The notes under the pieces were generated by a model, which worked only from the letters and a program-made list of their open reading frames with translations, made no database searches and was not told where the DNA came from. A stretch of DNA of 63,475 bases from Patescibacteria group bacterium (lineage in GTDB: Bacteria > Patescibacteriota > Microgenomatia > 0-14-0-10-38-17): positions 1 to 63,475 of the forward strand of contig JBMNVW010000005.1 of NCBI GenBank assembly GCA_050947035.1, read 5' to 3'. Below are positions 9,840 through 20,643 of this stretch, piece after piece. Position 1 is the stretch's first letter; each line of letters begins with the position of its first letter. Position numbers and translations under genes: made by a program.

Positions 9840-10601
9840 TTAGCTTAAAGTTAAAATTTCGGCTCCGTTTTTAGTAATCAAAACTGAATGTTCCCATTGG
9901 GCCGACAAAGCTCCATCAAGAGTCCGAACCGTCCAGCCATCGTCAGCATCGGTTCGAACCCGATAATTATCAGAGGCGTTAATCATCGGCTCAATCGTTA
10001 AAATCATACCTGGTTTTAATAAAACATCCTCAAAGCCCAGGTTAAAATGAAAAACAGATGGATCTTCGTGAAATTCTAATCCCACCCCATGACCAGTTAA
10101 GGATCGAACTGAAGCATAGCCAAATTGTTTAACATAATCTTCAATTACTCGACCGACACAATGGTTTAAATATTTACCCGGGGATAAAGCTTCAATTGCT
10201 TTCATTGTGGCCTTTTTGGTTTCGGCAACTAATTTTTTAGCCTCTTTGGCCACTGGCTCAATTAAAAACATTCGCGAAGTATCGCCATAAAAACCGTCCA
10301 AGATTGTTGTCACATCAACATTTAAAATGTCACCTTTTTTTAAAATATCTTCAGGGGAGGGGATACCATGACAAACAACCTCGTTTAAAGAAGTGCAGAC
10401 ACTTTTAGGAAAACCCTGGTAACCAAGAGAGGCTGATTTGGCCCCATGATCAATAATAAATTGATGGGCCAAATCGTTTATTTTCTGAGTGCTAACCCCT
10501 TCCTCAACAAAAGGGGTAAGATAATCTAAGGTTTGAGAAGCCAATCGACAAGAGCGCCTGATACCCTCAATTTGCTTATCGTTTTTAATAATTACTTTCA
10601 T
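9840..10601 (-). CDS. map: Methionine aminopeptidase, type I
   Basis: 253 aa with metal ligands in the VCHGIP, DVTT..DGFYGD, GHGVG and EPM contexts. Confidence 0.95.
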   Translation of the reverse strand: MKVIIKNDKQIEGIRRSCRLASQTLDYLTPFVEEGVSTQKINDLAHQFIIDHGAKSASLGYQGFPKSVCTSLNEVVCHGIPSPEDILKKGDILNVDVTTILDGFYGDTSRMFLIEPVAKEAKKLVAETKKATMKAIEALSPGKYLNHCVGRVIEDYVKQFGYASVRSLTGHGVGLEFHEDPSVFHFNLGFEDVLLKPGMILTIEPMINASDNYRVRTDADDGWTVRTLDGALSAQWEHSVLITKNGAEILTLS

Positions 10602-10624
10602 AATGGCATTGTAGCACTCTTTTT

Positions 10625-12619
10625 TTAGACAATTCTCTTGATCGCTTCGCGAATTTCAATCGCTTGTTCAAAGTCCAGCTCATCAGCGGTGGTCTTCATT
10701 TCCTTTCTTAGCTTTTTAATTAGTTTCTTTCTTTCCACCGGTACTAACGAGGAAGCTTTTTTAACCTCCTCCTGCCAAACCGAACGCTTTTTTTCTTCTT
10801 CCTGATGTTCAATTAACCGATCCCTAATTGGCTTAGTAATTGACCGAGGAGTAATATTATGCTCTTTGTTATACTCCAACTGAATTTGGCGTCGACGATT
10901 AATCTCTTCAACCGCCCCCTTAATTGAGCCAGTTTTCCTATCGGCATATAGAATCACTTCTCCCTCAACATGACGAGCGGCTCGACCCATAATTTGGATT
11001 AGGGAGGTCTTGCTTCGCAAAAAACCCTCTTTGTCCGCATCCAAAATGGCCACTAAAGAGACTTCCGGCAAATCCAATCCCTCTCGCAAGAGGTTAATTC
11101 CTACCAAACAATCAAACTTGCCTCGTCTCAAATCGGCCAAAACATCACTTCTTTTTAAGGTCTCAATCTCCGAATGCAAATACTGAACCCGTAAACCTTC
11201 TTTAGCCAAAAAATCGGCTAAATCTTCGGCCAAGCGCTTAGTTAAAGTCAACACCAAAGTTCGCTGCTTTTTATCAGCCCGGGCCTTAACCTCGCTAATT
11301 AAGTCCTTAATTTGATTTTTGATGGTATGAATGGAAACTTTTGGGTCCGGCAAACCAGTAGGGCGAATTAATTGTTCAACCACTTGTCCGGAAGTTTTAG
11401 ACAAAGACAGCTCCCAGCTATCAGGGGTGGCGCTAACATAGATCGTCTGGTGGGTTTTTCGAGAAAATTCTTCAAACTTTAGGGGCCGATTGTCAAAAGC
11501 GGCCGGCAAACGAAAACCAAAATCAATTAAAGTTTTTTTTCGGGCCTGGTCGCCTCGATACATGCCTCGAATTTGAGGAATGCTCATATGAGACTCGTCA
11601 ACAAAAAGAAGCCAATCATCTCCATAGGCTTCGTTATAATAGTCTATTAAAGTGTAAGGAGGTTCGCCGGGGGAGCGGCCATCAAAATAACGAGAATAGT
11701 TTTCAATTCCATTAACATAACCTAGCTCCTCAATCATTTCCAAATCATAATTAACCCGCTCCTCAATTCTTTGGGCCTCAATCAAACGATTGTCTTTTTT
11801 AAATTTCTTAACCTGCTTTTTTAAATCTTGTCTGATTTGGGCAAAAACTTCTTTTTGGCTTTTAGCAACCAAATAGTGTCGAGCCGGGTAAACAATAACC
11901 CGCTCTAAATCTTTCTCCTCTTTCAAAATTTGGCCGGTTAACGGATCAAAACGGCTAATTTTTTCTATTACTTCATTAGATTGAACTATTCTAACAGCCA
12001 AATCTTTATGGGAAGGAAAAATATCTAATTGACCGCCTCGAACCCGGAAAGTGTTTCTTTGCAAATCAAACTCATTGCGCTGATAGCCCACCGCCACCAA
12101 CTGCCGCAAAATTTCTTTTTGCCCAATCGCCTGTCCCTTTGATAAATGAAGAACCTGTTTTTTAAATTCTTTTGGCGAACCCAAACCATAAAGACAAGAA
12201 ACTGAGGCGACCGTCAAAACATCGTCTCGAGATAAAATGTTGGCCGTGGCCTCAAGGCGTAGTTTTTCAACTAAATCATTAATGTCGGTTTCTTTGGCAA
12301 TATAGGTATCGGTAGTAGAAAGATAGGCTTCCGGCTGATAGTAATCATAATAAGAAACAAAATAAGAAATAGCATTGCCAGGGAAAAAATCGCGAAATTC
12401 CTGATACAGCTGGCCGGCTAAAGTTTTATTATGGGAAATTATCAGGGCCGGTTTTTGTAATTGTTCAATTACTTTGGCCACCGTAAAAGTCTTGCCACTG
12501 CCAGTTACCCCAAGAAGAACCTGGTGTTTCATACCTTGCTTTATTCCGCTAACCAATTTTTTTATTGCTTGGGGCTGATCGCCGGTAGGAGAAAAGTCCG
12601 ATTTTAGCTTAAATTTCAT
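10625..12619 (-). CDS. uvrB: Excinuclease ABC subunit B
   Basis: 664 aa with Walker A GVTGSGKT, VDESH, helicase motifs, a beta-hairpin region and a C-terminal UVR domain (ELDFEQAIEIREAI). Confidence 0.97.
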   Translation of the reverse strand: MKFKLKSDFSPTGDQPQAIKKLVSGIKQGMKHQVLLGVTGSGKTFTVAKVIEQLQKPALIISHNKTLAGQLYQEFRDFFPGNAISYFVSYYDYYQPEAYLSTTDTYIAKETDINDLVEKLRLEATANILSRDDVLTVASVSCLYGLGSPKEFKKQVLHLSKGQAIGQKEILRQLVAVGYQRNEFDLQRNTFRVRGGQLDIFPSHKDLAVRIVQSNEVIEKISRFDPLTGQILKEEKDLERVIVYPARHYLVAKSQKEVFAQIRQDLKKQVKKFKKDNRLIEAQRIEERVNYDLEMIEELGYVNGIENYSRYFDGRSPGEPPYTLIDYYNEAYGDDWLLFVDESHMSIPQIRGMYRGDQARKKTLIDFGFRLPAAFDNRPLKFEEFSRKTHQTIYVSATPDSWELSLSKTSGQVVEQLIRPTGLPDPKVSIHTIKNQIKDLISEVKARADKKQRTLVLTLTKRLAEDLADFLAKEGLRVQYLHSEIETLKRSDVLADLRRGKFDCLVGINLLREGLDLPEVSLVAILDADKEGFLRSKTSLIQIMGRAARHVEGEVILYADRKTGSIKGAVEEINRRRQIQLEYNKEHNITPRSITKPIRDRLIEHQEEEKKRSVWQEEVKKASSLVPVERKKLIKKLRKEMKTTADELDFEQAIEIREAIKRIV

Positions 12620-12683
12620 ATCTTGTTAATTATAACACTCTTCCAGCCTCAAATGAGGATTGGACATGATATGATAAGTCTAA

Positions 12684-13319
12684 ATGGTCAGAACTCTAAA
12701 ACTTGTCTCTGCTATTCTGACTGCTTCTGGATTGGTAATCTTGTTAGTCATTTTTGGACCGCTAATAAAACAAGAAATTATCTTTCAATATAATAAATTA
12801 ATCGGCACCTCATACTATATATATAATAATAATCAGGATCATGATGGCTACCTTAAGGAAAGGGGGGGCATTATCCCCAAGAGCACCGATTTTGGCATCA
12901 TTATCCCCAAAATCAACGCTAATGTGCCAATTTTTGCTAACATTGATCCCTTTAACGAAAAGGAATTTTTGCCCATTTTAAAAGAGGGCATTGCCCATGC
13001 TAAAAATACTTCCTTTCCCGGTCATGGCGGCAACATTTTTCTTTTTGCCCATTCGGCCACTGATAATCTCTTAGAAATTAAGCAATACAACGCTGTCTTT
13101 TACCTCATTCAAAAATTAGACCAAAATGATGAAATTGTTGTCTTCTATAAAGAAAAGCCCTACTATTACTATGTCTTTGAAAAAAGAATTGTTCCCGCTG
13201 AGGCAATAAAATATTTGGAAAGTGCTGATGAGGAAATCTTAACTTTACAAACTTGCTATCCTCCGGGAACCACTTTAAAAAGACTAGTGGTTAGGGCTAA
13301 ACCAAAAAACAACTCTTGA
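12684..13319 (+). CDS. Sortase-family transpeptidase
   Basis: N-terminal TM anchor, catalytic His context LFAHS, TLQTC catalytic Cys motif and a downstream Arg (RLVVRA). It lies directly upstream of an LPXTG substrate. Confidence 0.85.
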   Translation: MVRTLKLVSAILTASGLVILLVIFGPLIKQEIIFQYNKLIGTSYYIYNNNQDHDGYLKERGGIIPKSTDFGIIIPKINANVPIFANIDPFNEKEFLPILKEGIAHAKNTSFPGHGGNIFLFAHSATDNLLEIKQYNAVFYLIQKLDQNDEIVVFYKEKPYYYYVFEKRIVPAEAIKYLESADEEILTLQTCYPPGTTLKRLVVRAKPKNNS

Positions 13320-13394
13320 CAACCGATAACAAAAGTTATATAGATAGTGTTAGTAGTTGCCAAATATTTTCTCCTGCCGACAACATAAATATAT

Positions 13395-16300
13395 ATGTAT
13401 AAAAAAAGCCTAGCCTTTAAGCTTTTCTCTCTTTTTGCCTCCCTAAACCTTGCCCTACAACCAATTGTCAGTCTTATAATTGTCAATCAACCTTTAGTTT
13501 TTGCCCAAGAAGAACCAATCGAGCAAGAAGTCGTCATTGAAGACCAAGCTGAGGAAAAAGAGGACCAAGAAGAAGATGGTTCTCAAAACGAAGAAGAATC
13601 TCCTTTGCCAGAAGAAGAAATTACCCCCACCCCCACTCCTATTCCTGATCCAACTCCCCCTCCTCAAGAAAATAATCAGCCAATAGATGAAGGCGCCGAT
13701 GATCAACAAGACCCAGAAACTACTCCCACCCCTACCCCCGTTCCCACCCCCACGCCTACTCCACAAGAAAATGAAAAAGATGCCGAAGAAGAAGAGGATT
13801 CGAACCAAAAAAATCTTGACATTAACCCCAGCCCCGAATTTGAGGAAAGTGCCAAGCTAAATGAAAATCCGCCAGAAGAAGAGCCGGCAGAAGTAGTAAA
13901 AGTTTGTCTTGAAGAAGGAGCTGAATTAACCCAAAGCGTTAATGGTGATTGGGAAATAAATGAAGAAGAAGGTTTTGCCCAAACCCTAAACCCGGTTCAG
14001 CTAGGAGTAACCTATATCTATCCCCAAGAAGAAAAAGTTACCGTTACTTTTACTTGTTTACCAGAAAACGAAAGCCTGCGCAGTCCATTAAAAATTCAAA
14101 AAGTAAAAATATCTGATCTTAATTTACCGGAAGATTTTAATGCCTACGGTGAATATGCCTACGACATTACTACCGATATGGCCAATGGCACTTTTGAATA
14201 TGATGTCACTTTGCCAAAGCCGAAAAACACAACTGCGGAGGTTTCTTATATCGAGAAAACAGCAGAGAAGATCAAAAACCAAACAGAGCCATTAAAAGAA
14301 AATGAGCTAAAGCTTGTTGAAGAAGAAAAAACAATTCAAGAAGGAGACAAGGTTAAAGTTGGGGCTCTCAATCACTTCACGATTTTTGTTATATCGGAAA
14401 CAGTTGGTTCTACTACAAAAGATCCAAGCGCAGACCCTGATAATTCTAAATATTACTTGCGCTATGTGGGTAATCCTGCACCCGAGGGTTATGCTCATTA
14501 TTATCAATGGGCCGAGCCCTTCTATATGTGCGATCCAAATAATTCTGAAGTAAATTTTTCAGGAGAAATAAATGTTTCTTCTATGGCTGTGGGGGATGTT
14601 GCCTTTGTTGGGCTCATAGACAAAGGCTTATTGGAAGGAGGTTCTTCGGGATTTCAGAGTGGTGCCTACGCCTATTTATACAGAATAAGCTCTGACCACA
14701 TGCGCATAGGTCCTACTGATGGAAATAATAGCGGAGAAATAGTTCAGGTTTACAGAGATTATTCGATCCCAAGCGATGGGATATTCAATCTTATTATCCA
14801 AATATATAATGGGAATATTGTTATAACTGTTGATGATGATACGCCAATCTCTGATACATATGGTGAAGTAAAAACGTTAAACAACTCTTTTTTGTATGAT
14901 TGGGGAGAATTTGAGCATGGTGCAATTCCTGGATGGGATAATTGGCCTCAAACTAATATGCCTTACTCGTTTGAGATAAATGGGTGTCGTAAGATTTCTA
15001 CTGACAAAATTACTATTTGTCATGCAACAGATAGTCACCAAAACCCCTATACGGTTAATACACCAAATAAATCAGGAACTTTAAACGGACATGTTGACCA
15101 TACTGGTCCAGTTTGGTATTCGGGAATTGCTGATCATTCCTGGGGAGATATAATTCCACCCTTCATATATTTTGAATGTCCTACTGAAGAAGAAGCCTAT
15201 AATAGTAACGATAACTCAAAAGCCTGTAAAAAGAAAATCGATGGTTCCTGGAAATATGCTGATAAGACCGAACATCAATATCCCGGACTAAACTGGGAAG
15301 AGGGTCGAGCAATTTGGGAGAACGACTGTGAAATCCCATCCCCACCATCGGAAGAGTGTGGAAATGGCATTTTAGAAGGAGAAGAAGAATGTGATTATGG
15401 TGATCTTAATGGCCAATCCAATTGTTCCTCTGAGTGTCAATGGATAACGCCTACTTGTGTTCCAGAAGTTAACGTTGTTACCAATAGCTCTTTTAATATT
15501 CCAAGCGTAACCCACCCCTTATTGTGGAATATTTTTGATAATAACGAGGTTCCGGGCTGGACATCCGAGTGGTACGAAGGTTCAAGTTCTTATACCGGCA
15601 CTCAACGCCCAGAACCAAAAATAGAAATTCATGCCGGAGTTAATGATTGGGGATCAAGCTATGACCAACATGTCGAATTAGATAGCGATTGGGATGGCCC
15701 GGGTGGCAGTTTAAATGGAGAGCCGGCTTCTATTTATCTTTATCAGAAGATACCAACGATTATTGGTGACCAATACACTCTATCTTGGGATTATTCTCCA
15801 AGACCGAATCACAACAATAACCAAATCAAAGTTGAAATTAATGGCACAGAGATTTCTAATAGCAATAACATCTCAGGAGGAAGCAATATTAACTGGCAAA
15901 AAGAAACATATACCTTCACTGCCACAACAAATTTAACAGAAATTCATTTTACTGAAGTGGGCACACCTGACTCTTTTGGCATGTTTTTAAACAATGTCGA
16001 AATGGAATGTTTGGGTGAAGAAACCCCAGAGTGCGTGGAAGAAGGACCTGTTTGGGCCGATAAAGTTGGTTCAGTCACTACTGGTACTTTATATAATGGA
16101 AATGAAATCACTGATTCTATTAGATTTGATCCAGGAGAGGCCTTGGGTGAAGCTGATGGAAATTTTTATAGTTTAGGTAGTGGTGGAGAAATAATCTTAA
16201 ACTTTAATTATTACATAGCAAATGTTCCGGGTAATGATTTATCTGTTCACGAAATAACTTGGAATAGGCTTTTGGATATTGAAGAAAAGGCTGAATTTTG

Positions 16301-17594
16301 GGTTAAAAATGATCATACAGGCTGGATATATCTTGGTGAGGCCAGTAGTTTTAGTGATGGGAACGGCGATGGAACCAGAGACGGTATAAATTACTTTGAT
16401 CTTAGCGATATTGGGCTATCATGGATCAATTCCGTGAAATTAGTTGAATCTTCTGTTGGGCAAGCGGGAAATGATGATGGATTTGATTTAGATGCAGTGG
16501 ACGCAACTCAAAGGGTTTGTGAGGAACCTGTTGTTCAGTGTGGTGACGGGGTTAAAAATCAAGATTCTGAAGAATGCGATGGTGAAGACGAGGTTGTTCC
16601 AGGAGAAAACTTTTGTACTGCCAACTGTAAATTGGTGCCAATTTATAACGGTGAAAACAAATGTCCACCAGGAACCGTAAGAGGTAAAAATCCTATTGAT
16701 AGCACAACTGTTTCATCTACTAATCTAAATGGAGAGGTTTTATCAAGTTTAACAGCTGGCGGTAAATATCTTTTTGAGACTTCAGGGACTTTCCGACCCA
16801 CTGATCCTAAGTGGCACAAAGATCCTTGGGCTGATGCTGGATATACAACACTAGAGGGCTGGCCAACACTTGCAACTCAATATGGAATAAAAGGAACAGG
16901 TTCTGATTATGGCGCTCACGCTCTACTCGCTGACCTGGGAGAGGGAGTGGGAATAGTTGAGTGGGGCAATTTTAACGAAAACCATGTTTATACCAAATAT
17001 TACGAGCCGACAACTAACCAAGTTCAATTCTTAATTGGCGATCGTTACGGCAGCTGGTTTAATACCTCTTGGGATAATCAAGCAGGAATGAACGATAACG
17101 AAGGGTCTTTAAATTTAGATGTTTACGAGTGCGTAACTCCTGTAGAAGTTGAAATTTGTAAAGAGGATGACTTAGGAAATAGGCTTTCTGGTTGGGAAGT
17201 GGCCCTGGCTTCAGAAAAAGTAGACGGACCAACGCCAATAAACGTTTCTGACTCCTCTGGAACAAATAGCTCTGATTTAGAGACCGGAAAATATTTAATA
17301 AAAGTTGGCGGTACTTACCGCTATGGTAGCTCCCAAATGATTGCTGATGCCGGCTACTCTTACCGACCAAGCAATATCCCCAGCGGATGTGATTGTTGGC
17401 TAAGCGGGTTTGATTTACCAAGCGGCAATGGCCTAATGGTTCAGATTAATAATAATACTGTTAATTGGGGAACGCTCAACGAACCCCTTCATTCTTATAC
17501 ACATGTTTACGATCACTCCGGCGGACCAATAAACTTTTCAATCCACGACGATAATTACAACGATAACCTAAATAATGACGATCTTCTGTTTTAA
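13395..17594 (+). CDS. Giant secreted surface protein, N-terminal 1399 codons (signal peptide; ends at in-frame TAA)
   Basis: Contains a signal peptide, a Pro/Thr/Glu-rich linker, a CH..NPY..GH..H motif block (ITICHATDSHQNPYTVN..GHVDHTG), two Cys-rich ECGNG/QCGDG ... EECD repeats, a DUF642-like beta-sandwich (NSSFN..VPGWT..VELDSD..FLNNVEMEC) and Cna-B/prealbumin-like repeats. Confidence 0.85.
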   Translation: MYKKSLAFKLFSLFASLNLALQPIVSLIIVNQPLVFAQEEPIEQEVVIEDQAEEKEDQEEDGSQNEEESPLPEEEITPTPTPIPDPTPPPQENNQPIDEGADDQQDPETTPTPTPVPTPTPTPQENEKDAEEEEDSNQKNLDINPSPEFEESAKLNENPPEEEPAEVVKVCLEEGAELTQSVNGDWEINEEEGFAQTLNPVQLGVTYIYPQEEKVTVTFTCLPENESLRSPLKIQKVKISDLNLPEDFNAYGEYAYDITTDMANGTFEYDVTLPKPKNTTAEVSYIEKTAEKIKNQTEPLKENELKLVEEEKTIQEGDKVKVGALNHFTIFVISETVGSTTKDPSADPDNSKYYLRYVGNPAPEGYAHYYQWAEPFYMCDPNNSEVNFSGEINVSSMAVGDVAFVGLIDKGLLEGGSSGFQSGAYAYLYRISSDHMRIGPTDGNNSGEIVQVYRDYSIPSDGIFNLIIQIYNGNIVITVDDDTPISDTYGEVKTLNNSFLYDWGEFEHGAIPGWDNWPQTNMPYSFEINGCRKISTDKITICHATDSHQNPYTVNTPNKSGTLNGHVDHTGPVWYSGIADHSWGDIIPPFIYFECPTEEEAYNSNDNSKACKKKIDGSWKYADKTEHQYPGLNWEEGRAIWENDCEIPSPPSEECGNGILEGEEECDYGDLNGQSNCSSECQWITPTCVPEVNVVTNSSFNIPSVTHPLLWNIFDNNEVPGWTSEWYEGSSSYTGTQRPEPKIEIHAGVNDWGSSYDQHVELDSDWDGPGGSLNGEPASIYLYQKIPTIIGDQYTLSWDYSPRPNHNNNQIKVEINGTEISNSNNISGGSNINWQKETYTFTATTNLTEIHFTEVGTPDSFGMFLNNVEMECLGEETPECVEEGPVWADKVGSVTTGTLYNGNEITDSIRFDPGEALGEADGNFYSLGSGGEIILNFNYYIANVPGNDLSVHEITWNRLLDIEEKAEFWVKNDHTGWIYLGEASSFSDGNGDGTRDGINYFDLSDIGLSWINSVKLVESSVGQAGNDDGFDLDAVDATQRVCEEPVVQCGDGVKNQDSEECDGEDEVVPGENFCTANCKLVPIYNGENKCPPGTVRGKNPIDSTTVSSTNLNGEVLSSLTAGGKYLFETSGTFRPTDPKWHKDPWADAGYTTLEGWPTLATQYGIKGTGSDYGAHALLADLGEGVGIVEWGNFNENHVYTKYYEPTTNQVQFLIGDRYGSWFNTSWDNQAGMNDNEGSLNLDVYECVTPVEVEICKEDDLGNRLSGWEVALASEKVDGPTPINVSDSSGTNSSDLETGKYLIKVGGTYRYGSSQMIADAGYSYRPSNIPSGCDCWLSGFDLPSGNGLMVQINNNTVNWGTLNEPLHSYTHVYDHSGGPINFSIHDDNYNDNLNNDDLLF

Positions 17595-17729
17595 ATATAC
17601 AAAATACAAGATGGATATTATGGTCAAACTGAAGAAAACGGCTGTGTTTCTTTAAATGTTATTCAGGGCGAATATATTTTAGATGAGGTCCTACCAAACG
17701 ATTGGATTAACCTGGAAGGGAAAGGAAGC

Positions 17730-19562
17730 TTGGTACAGGTTGGCAGTGAAAATAACAGCTTCATTCTAAAAAACAAAATTGACGCTCCTGTTACTATCAT
17801 TGCTCATAAAATTGTTTGTAATGATGAGTCGCATCTTCCTAATTGGGGCGCCGTTAAAAGCCATGGCAATCCAATTACCGCTGATACTGCCCAAAACTTT
17901 GTTGATAATAGCCAGGGTAATTGCTGGTTTGAAGAAGACTGGGGCTTTGAATGGGGTCCGGCCGATTCCGGTTATAGCGGAGATGACCTGATTGGCTCCG
18001 CTGGCGGCAAATGGAATGCTTTTGGACCAACCAACGAAAATGGTAAAACCCAAGTTGAAATTAATAATCTGTCAAGCCTTGGTAACCGGATCGAAATGAG
18101 AGAAGTTTTAAAAGAGGGTTATGTTCCTTTCACCTATGCCACTTCGGGAAACAATAATTCAAATAATGTGTCGGCCGAATTTTATTGCCATCGCGATGTT
18201 ATGAATTATGATAACTGGGAATGGATTAATAGCCCACAATACGGTCAAGCCTATCATTGTGTTGCTTTCAACGCGCCTCTTCACGGCTCTGCCGAAATTT
18301 ATAAATTCGATGATGAAAATGCCAACGGCACTCAAGATGAAGGCGAAAATTTTCTTTCAGATTGGGAAATTGTTTTGGGAGAAAAAACCGAGACCACCGA
18401 CAACGACGGAAAAGTTATCTTTGCCGATCTTAACCCAGGCCAATATGATTTAAGTGAAATTTTAAAAGAAGGTTGGGGGCAAACTAACATTTATTGTCTT
18501 GGCGACCAAGAGGAACCTGACAATAACAATATTGAACCTACTCCATCCCCACCTCTTGAAGCGACCGGCGTTTTGGGTTTAGCTAATACTGTTTTTGCTC
18601 AAGCCCAAGAAAACAATAGCCATCAAATAACCGTCAATCCCGGCCAAACCACCACCTGCTATATTGGTAACTTCGATCTTGGGCAAATTTCTGGCTATAA
18701 AATTTACGATCGAAACGATAATGGCACCAAAGAAGAGGGGGAAGAAGGAATCGAAGATTGGGAAATTTGTCTGACTGGCGATAATCTGGAAACCCAAAAT
18801 TGCACCAAAACCGATAGTAATGGCTACTATGAATTCACCGGTTTAACGGCCGGAACCTACACCGTCACCGAAGAAGACCGAAGCGCTGAAGGCTGGCGAG
18901 CCAGCAACCCAGAAAGCGGAACGTATGAAAATATTGAAATTGCCTCCGGCAGTAATGTCGAGGCCGATTTTTATAATGCTCCACCAGCCAATATTTGGTT
19001 AACTAAAAATAATAATACGACTGGTTCGGTTGGTGTTGGCCAAACCATTGAATATACCCTTACCATTACCGTTGGCCAAAGAACTTTATCAGAAATGAAG
19101 CTAAGAGATGTTCTTCCTGATGGTTTTGTTTATCAAACCGGCACCAGCACCATTGATGGTGCCACCGTTGAACCCACAACCAACGAGGGCAAAACCCTAA
19201 TCTGGAATTGGGATGAGGAAGTCCCCGGCGAATCAGTCGTAGTGGTCAAATATACTATTCAAATTGAACCAACTAACAAGCCGGCCACCTATACCAATAT
19301 CGCCCACGTCTATGGTTATGGTTCACCCACCCTGGTTGAAAGCAGTATCGTTGACTCTTCGGTAAAAATTGACCCCGAATACCAAGTTGAGGGCCGAACT
19401 GTTGGCGGCCAAGTCTTGGGAGCAGCTACCGAGGGCAAAGTTTTAGGCGCTACTACTTTGCCAGCTACCGGCGCCAATACCTGGTATTCAATTGTTGCTC
19501 TAATTTTAATCGCCGGCGGTATCACTTTAAGAGTAAAAACTAAAAAATTTGAAGATAATTAA
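17730..19562 (+). CDS. C-terminal part of the same surface protein (LPATG sorting signal); no credible own start
   Basis: Same reading frame as 13395..17594. The frame is open from 17595, directly after the TAA. Repeated Cna-B-like modules (EIYKFDD.., GYKIYD..), then C-terminal LPATG, a hydrophobic helix and a basic tail. The track start at 17730 is a TTG. Confidence 0.8.
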   Translation: MVQVGSENNSFILKNKIDAPVTIIAHKIVCNDESHLPNWGAVKSHGNPITADTAQNFVDNSQGNCWFEEDWGFEWGPADSGYSGDDLIGSAGGKWNAFGPTNENGKTQVEINNLSSLGNRIEMREVLKEGYVPFTYATSGNNNSNNVSAEFYCHRDVMNYDNWEWINSPQYGQAYHCVAFNAPLHGSAEIYKFDDENANGTQDEGENFLSDWEIVLGEKTETTDNDGKVIFADLNPGQYDLSEILKEGWGQTNIYCLGDQEEPDNNNIEPTPSPPLEATGVLGLANTVFAQAQENNSHQITVNPGQTTTCYIGNFDLGQISGYKIYDRNDNGTKEEGEEGIEDWEICLTGDNLETQNCTKTDSNGYYEFTGLTAGTYTVTEEDRSAEGWRASNPESGTYENIEIASGSNVEADFYNAPPANIWLTKNNNTTGSVGVGQTIEYTLTITVGQRTLSEMKLRDVLPDGFVYQTGTSTIDGATVEPTTNEGKTLIWNWDEEVPGESVVVVKYTIQIEPTNKPATYTNIAHVYGYGSPTLVESSIVDSSVKIDPEYQVEGRTVGGQVLGAATEGKVLGATTLPATGANTWYSIVALILIAGGITLRVKTKKFEDN

Positions 19563-19563
19563 A

Positions 19564-20541
19564 ATGAAAAAAACCATTCTTTTTCTAATCACTCTGGCAA
19601 CGGGCTTTCTTTTGGCCAGTCCGGCCCTAGCCGCTCTAAAACTTACCTTGTCGCCAATTCCTGAATACCAAGATTCGGCTAATTTTCGTCTTTATTATGC
19701 TTACCTTGATACCGAAGACAATGAAGCTACCGTTAATCTTTATGTTCAAAAAGAGGGGGGCTCCTGGCGACAGACCAGAGACAAAAATAAAACTGAAGTG
19801 TCCGGTTATTTTCAAATTGAGGATGCTGATATTTATGATGGCGAGGGAAAATATAATTTTTACGCTCAAGCAAAAACTGCCAATCTAGCCGAAAACAGCC
19901 CCACCGTTTCTGTTGTTATCGACCGATCCAATCCCGATAAGGTAATCAACTTTAAAAAAGAGCGAGTAGGGGAGACGGCCTATCGACTTTCTTGGACTAA
20001 TCCTGATAATGATGATTTTTATCAGGTTTATCTTTATCGTTCCCAAGACAAAAGCTTTACCGCCAACTCTTCTACCAAAATTGGCGAAGCCGGAGGGTCG
20101 GCAAATGAAAAAATGACCTTTGAAGACAGTGGCCTAGAAAAAGATACCACCTATTATTACGCCTTAAGGGTAATTGACCAGGCTGGTAACGCTTCCGGAC
20201 TGGTAACCGACGCCCCAGGCGAAGTAATTGCCGGCGAAGTCGCCGGAGTGACCACCGAAGAGGGAACAGGAGGCATAGAAGATATCGACGAAACTGAAGT
20301 TATTTTACTAACCGAAGAAGAAGAACAAGCCCGAGAAGAAATCGCCGACACAATTGAAGAAGACAAAAAAGAGAACGAAGAAGAAGGAACACTACTTGAT
20401 GAAGGCCAAACTGCTGAAAAAGAAGGCCAGGTTATGGGCGAAGAAGACGACCAAAGTTTAACAAAAAAGCTCTGGCTTATTATTCCTCTAGGGCTCTTAT
20501 TTTTGGCCGCTGCCTTTTTCTTCTTCGGAAAAAAAGCCTAA
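19564..20541 (+). CDS. Secreted, C-terminally membrane-anchored protein with a fibronectin-III-like domain
   Basis: Signal peptide MKKTILFLITLATGFLLASPALA, FN3-like YRLSWTNPDNDDFYQVYLYRS ... YYYALRVIDQAGN, an acidic linker and a C-terminal TM helix. ATG at 19564 preferred. Confidence 0.7.
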   Translation: MKKTILFLITLATGFLLASPALAALKLTLSPIPEYQDSANFRLYYAYLDTEDNEATVNLYVQKEGGSWRQTRDKNKTEVSGYFQIEDADIYDGEGKYNFYAQAKTANLAENSPTVSVVIDRSNPDKVINFKKERVGETAYRLSWTNPDNDDFYQVYLYRSQDKSFTANSSTKIGEAGGSANEKMTFEDSGLEKDTTYYYALRVIDQAGNASGLVTDAPGEVIAGEVAGVTTEEGTGGIEDIDETEVILLTEEEEQAREEIADTIEEDKKENEEEGTLLDEGQTAEKEGQVMGEEDDQSLTKKLWLIIPLGLLFLAAAFFFFGKKA

Positions 20542-20560
20542 TTAATAACTTCCTCTCCCT

Positions 20561-20579
20561 GATAGATCCTGGATCTATC
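20561..20579. repeat. Palindrome GATAGATCC-T-GGATCTATC (second copy of core at 43703)
   Basis: Perfect 9-bp arms, intergenic between the FN3 protein gene and uvrA. No T-tract follows. Confidence 0.5.
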
Positions 20580-20643
20580 CAGCCTAGTCCCAAATAAAAC
20601 CCTAACAATTTTTGCCAAACTAAGCTATAATGATAGGTTGCTT

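Noticed and set aside
13540-13800. Pro/Thr/Glu-rich repeats (TPTPTP..) at the start of the giant surface protein as a DNA-level tandem repeat element
   Set aside because: This is a low-complexity linker coded in frame, typical of cell-surface proteins. It is not an independent repeat feature.
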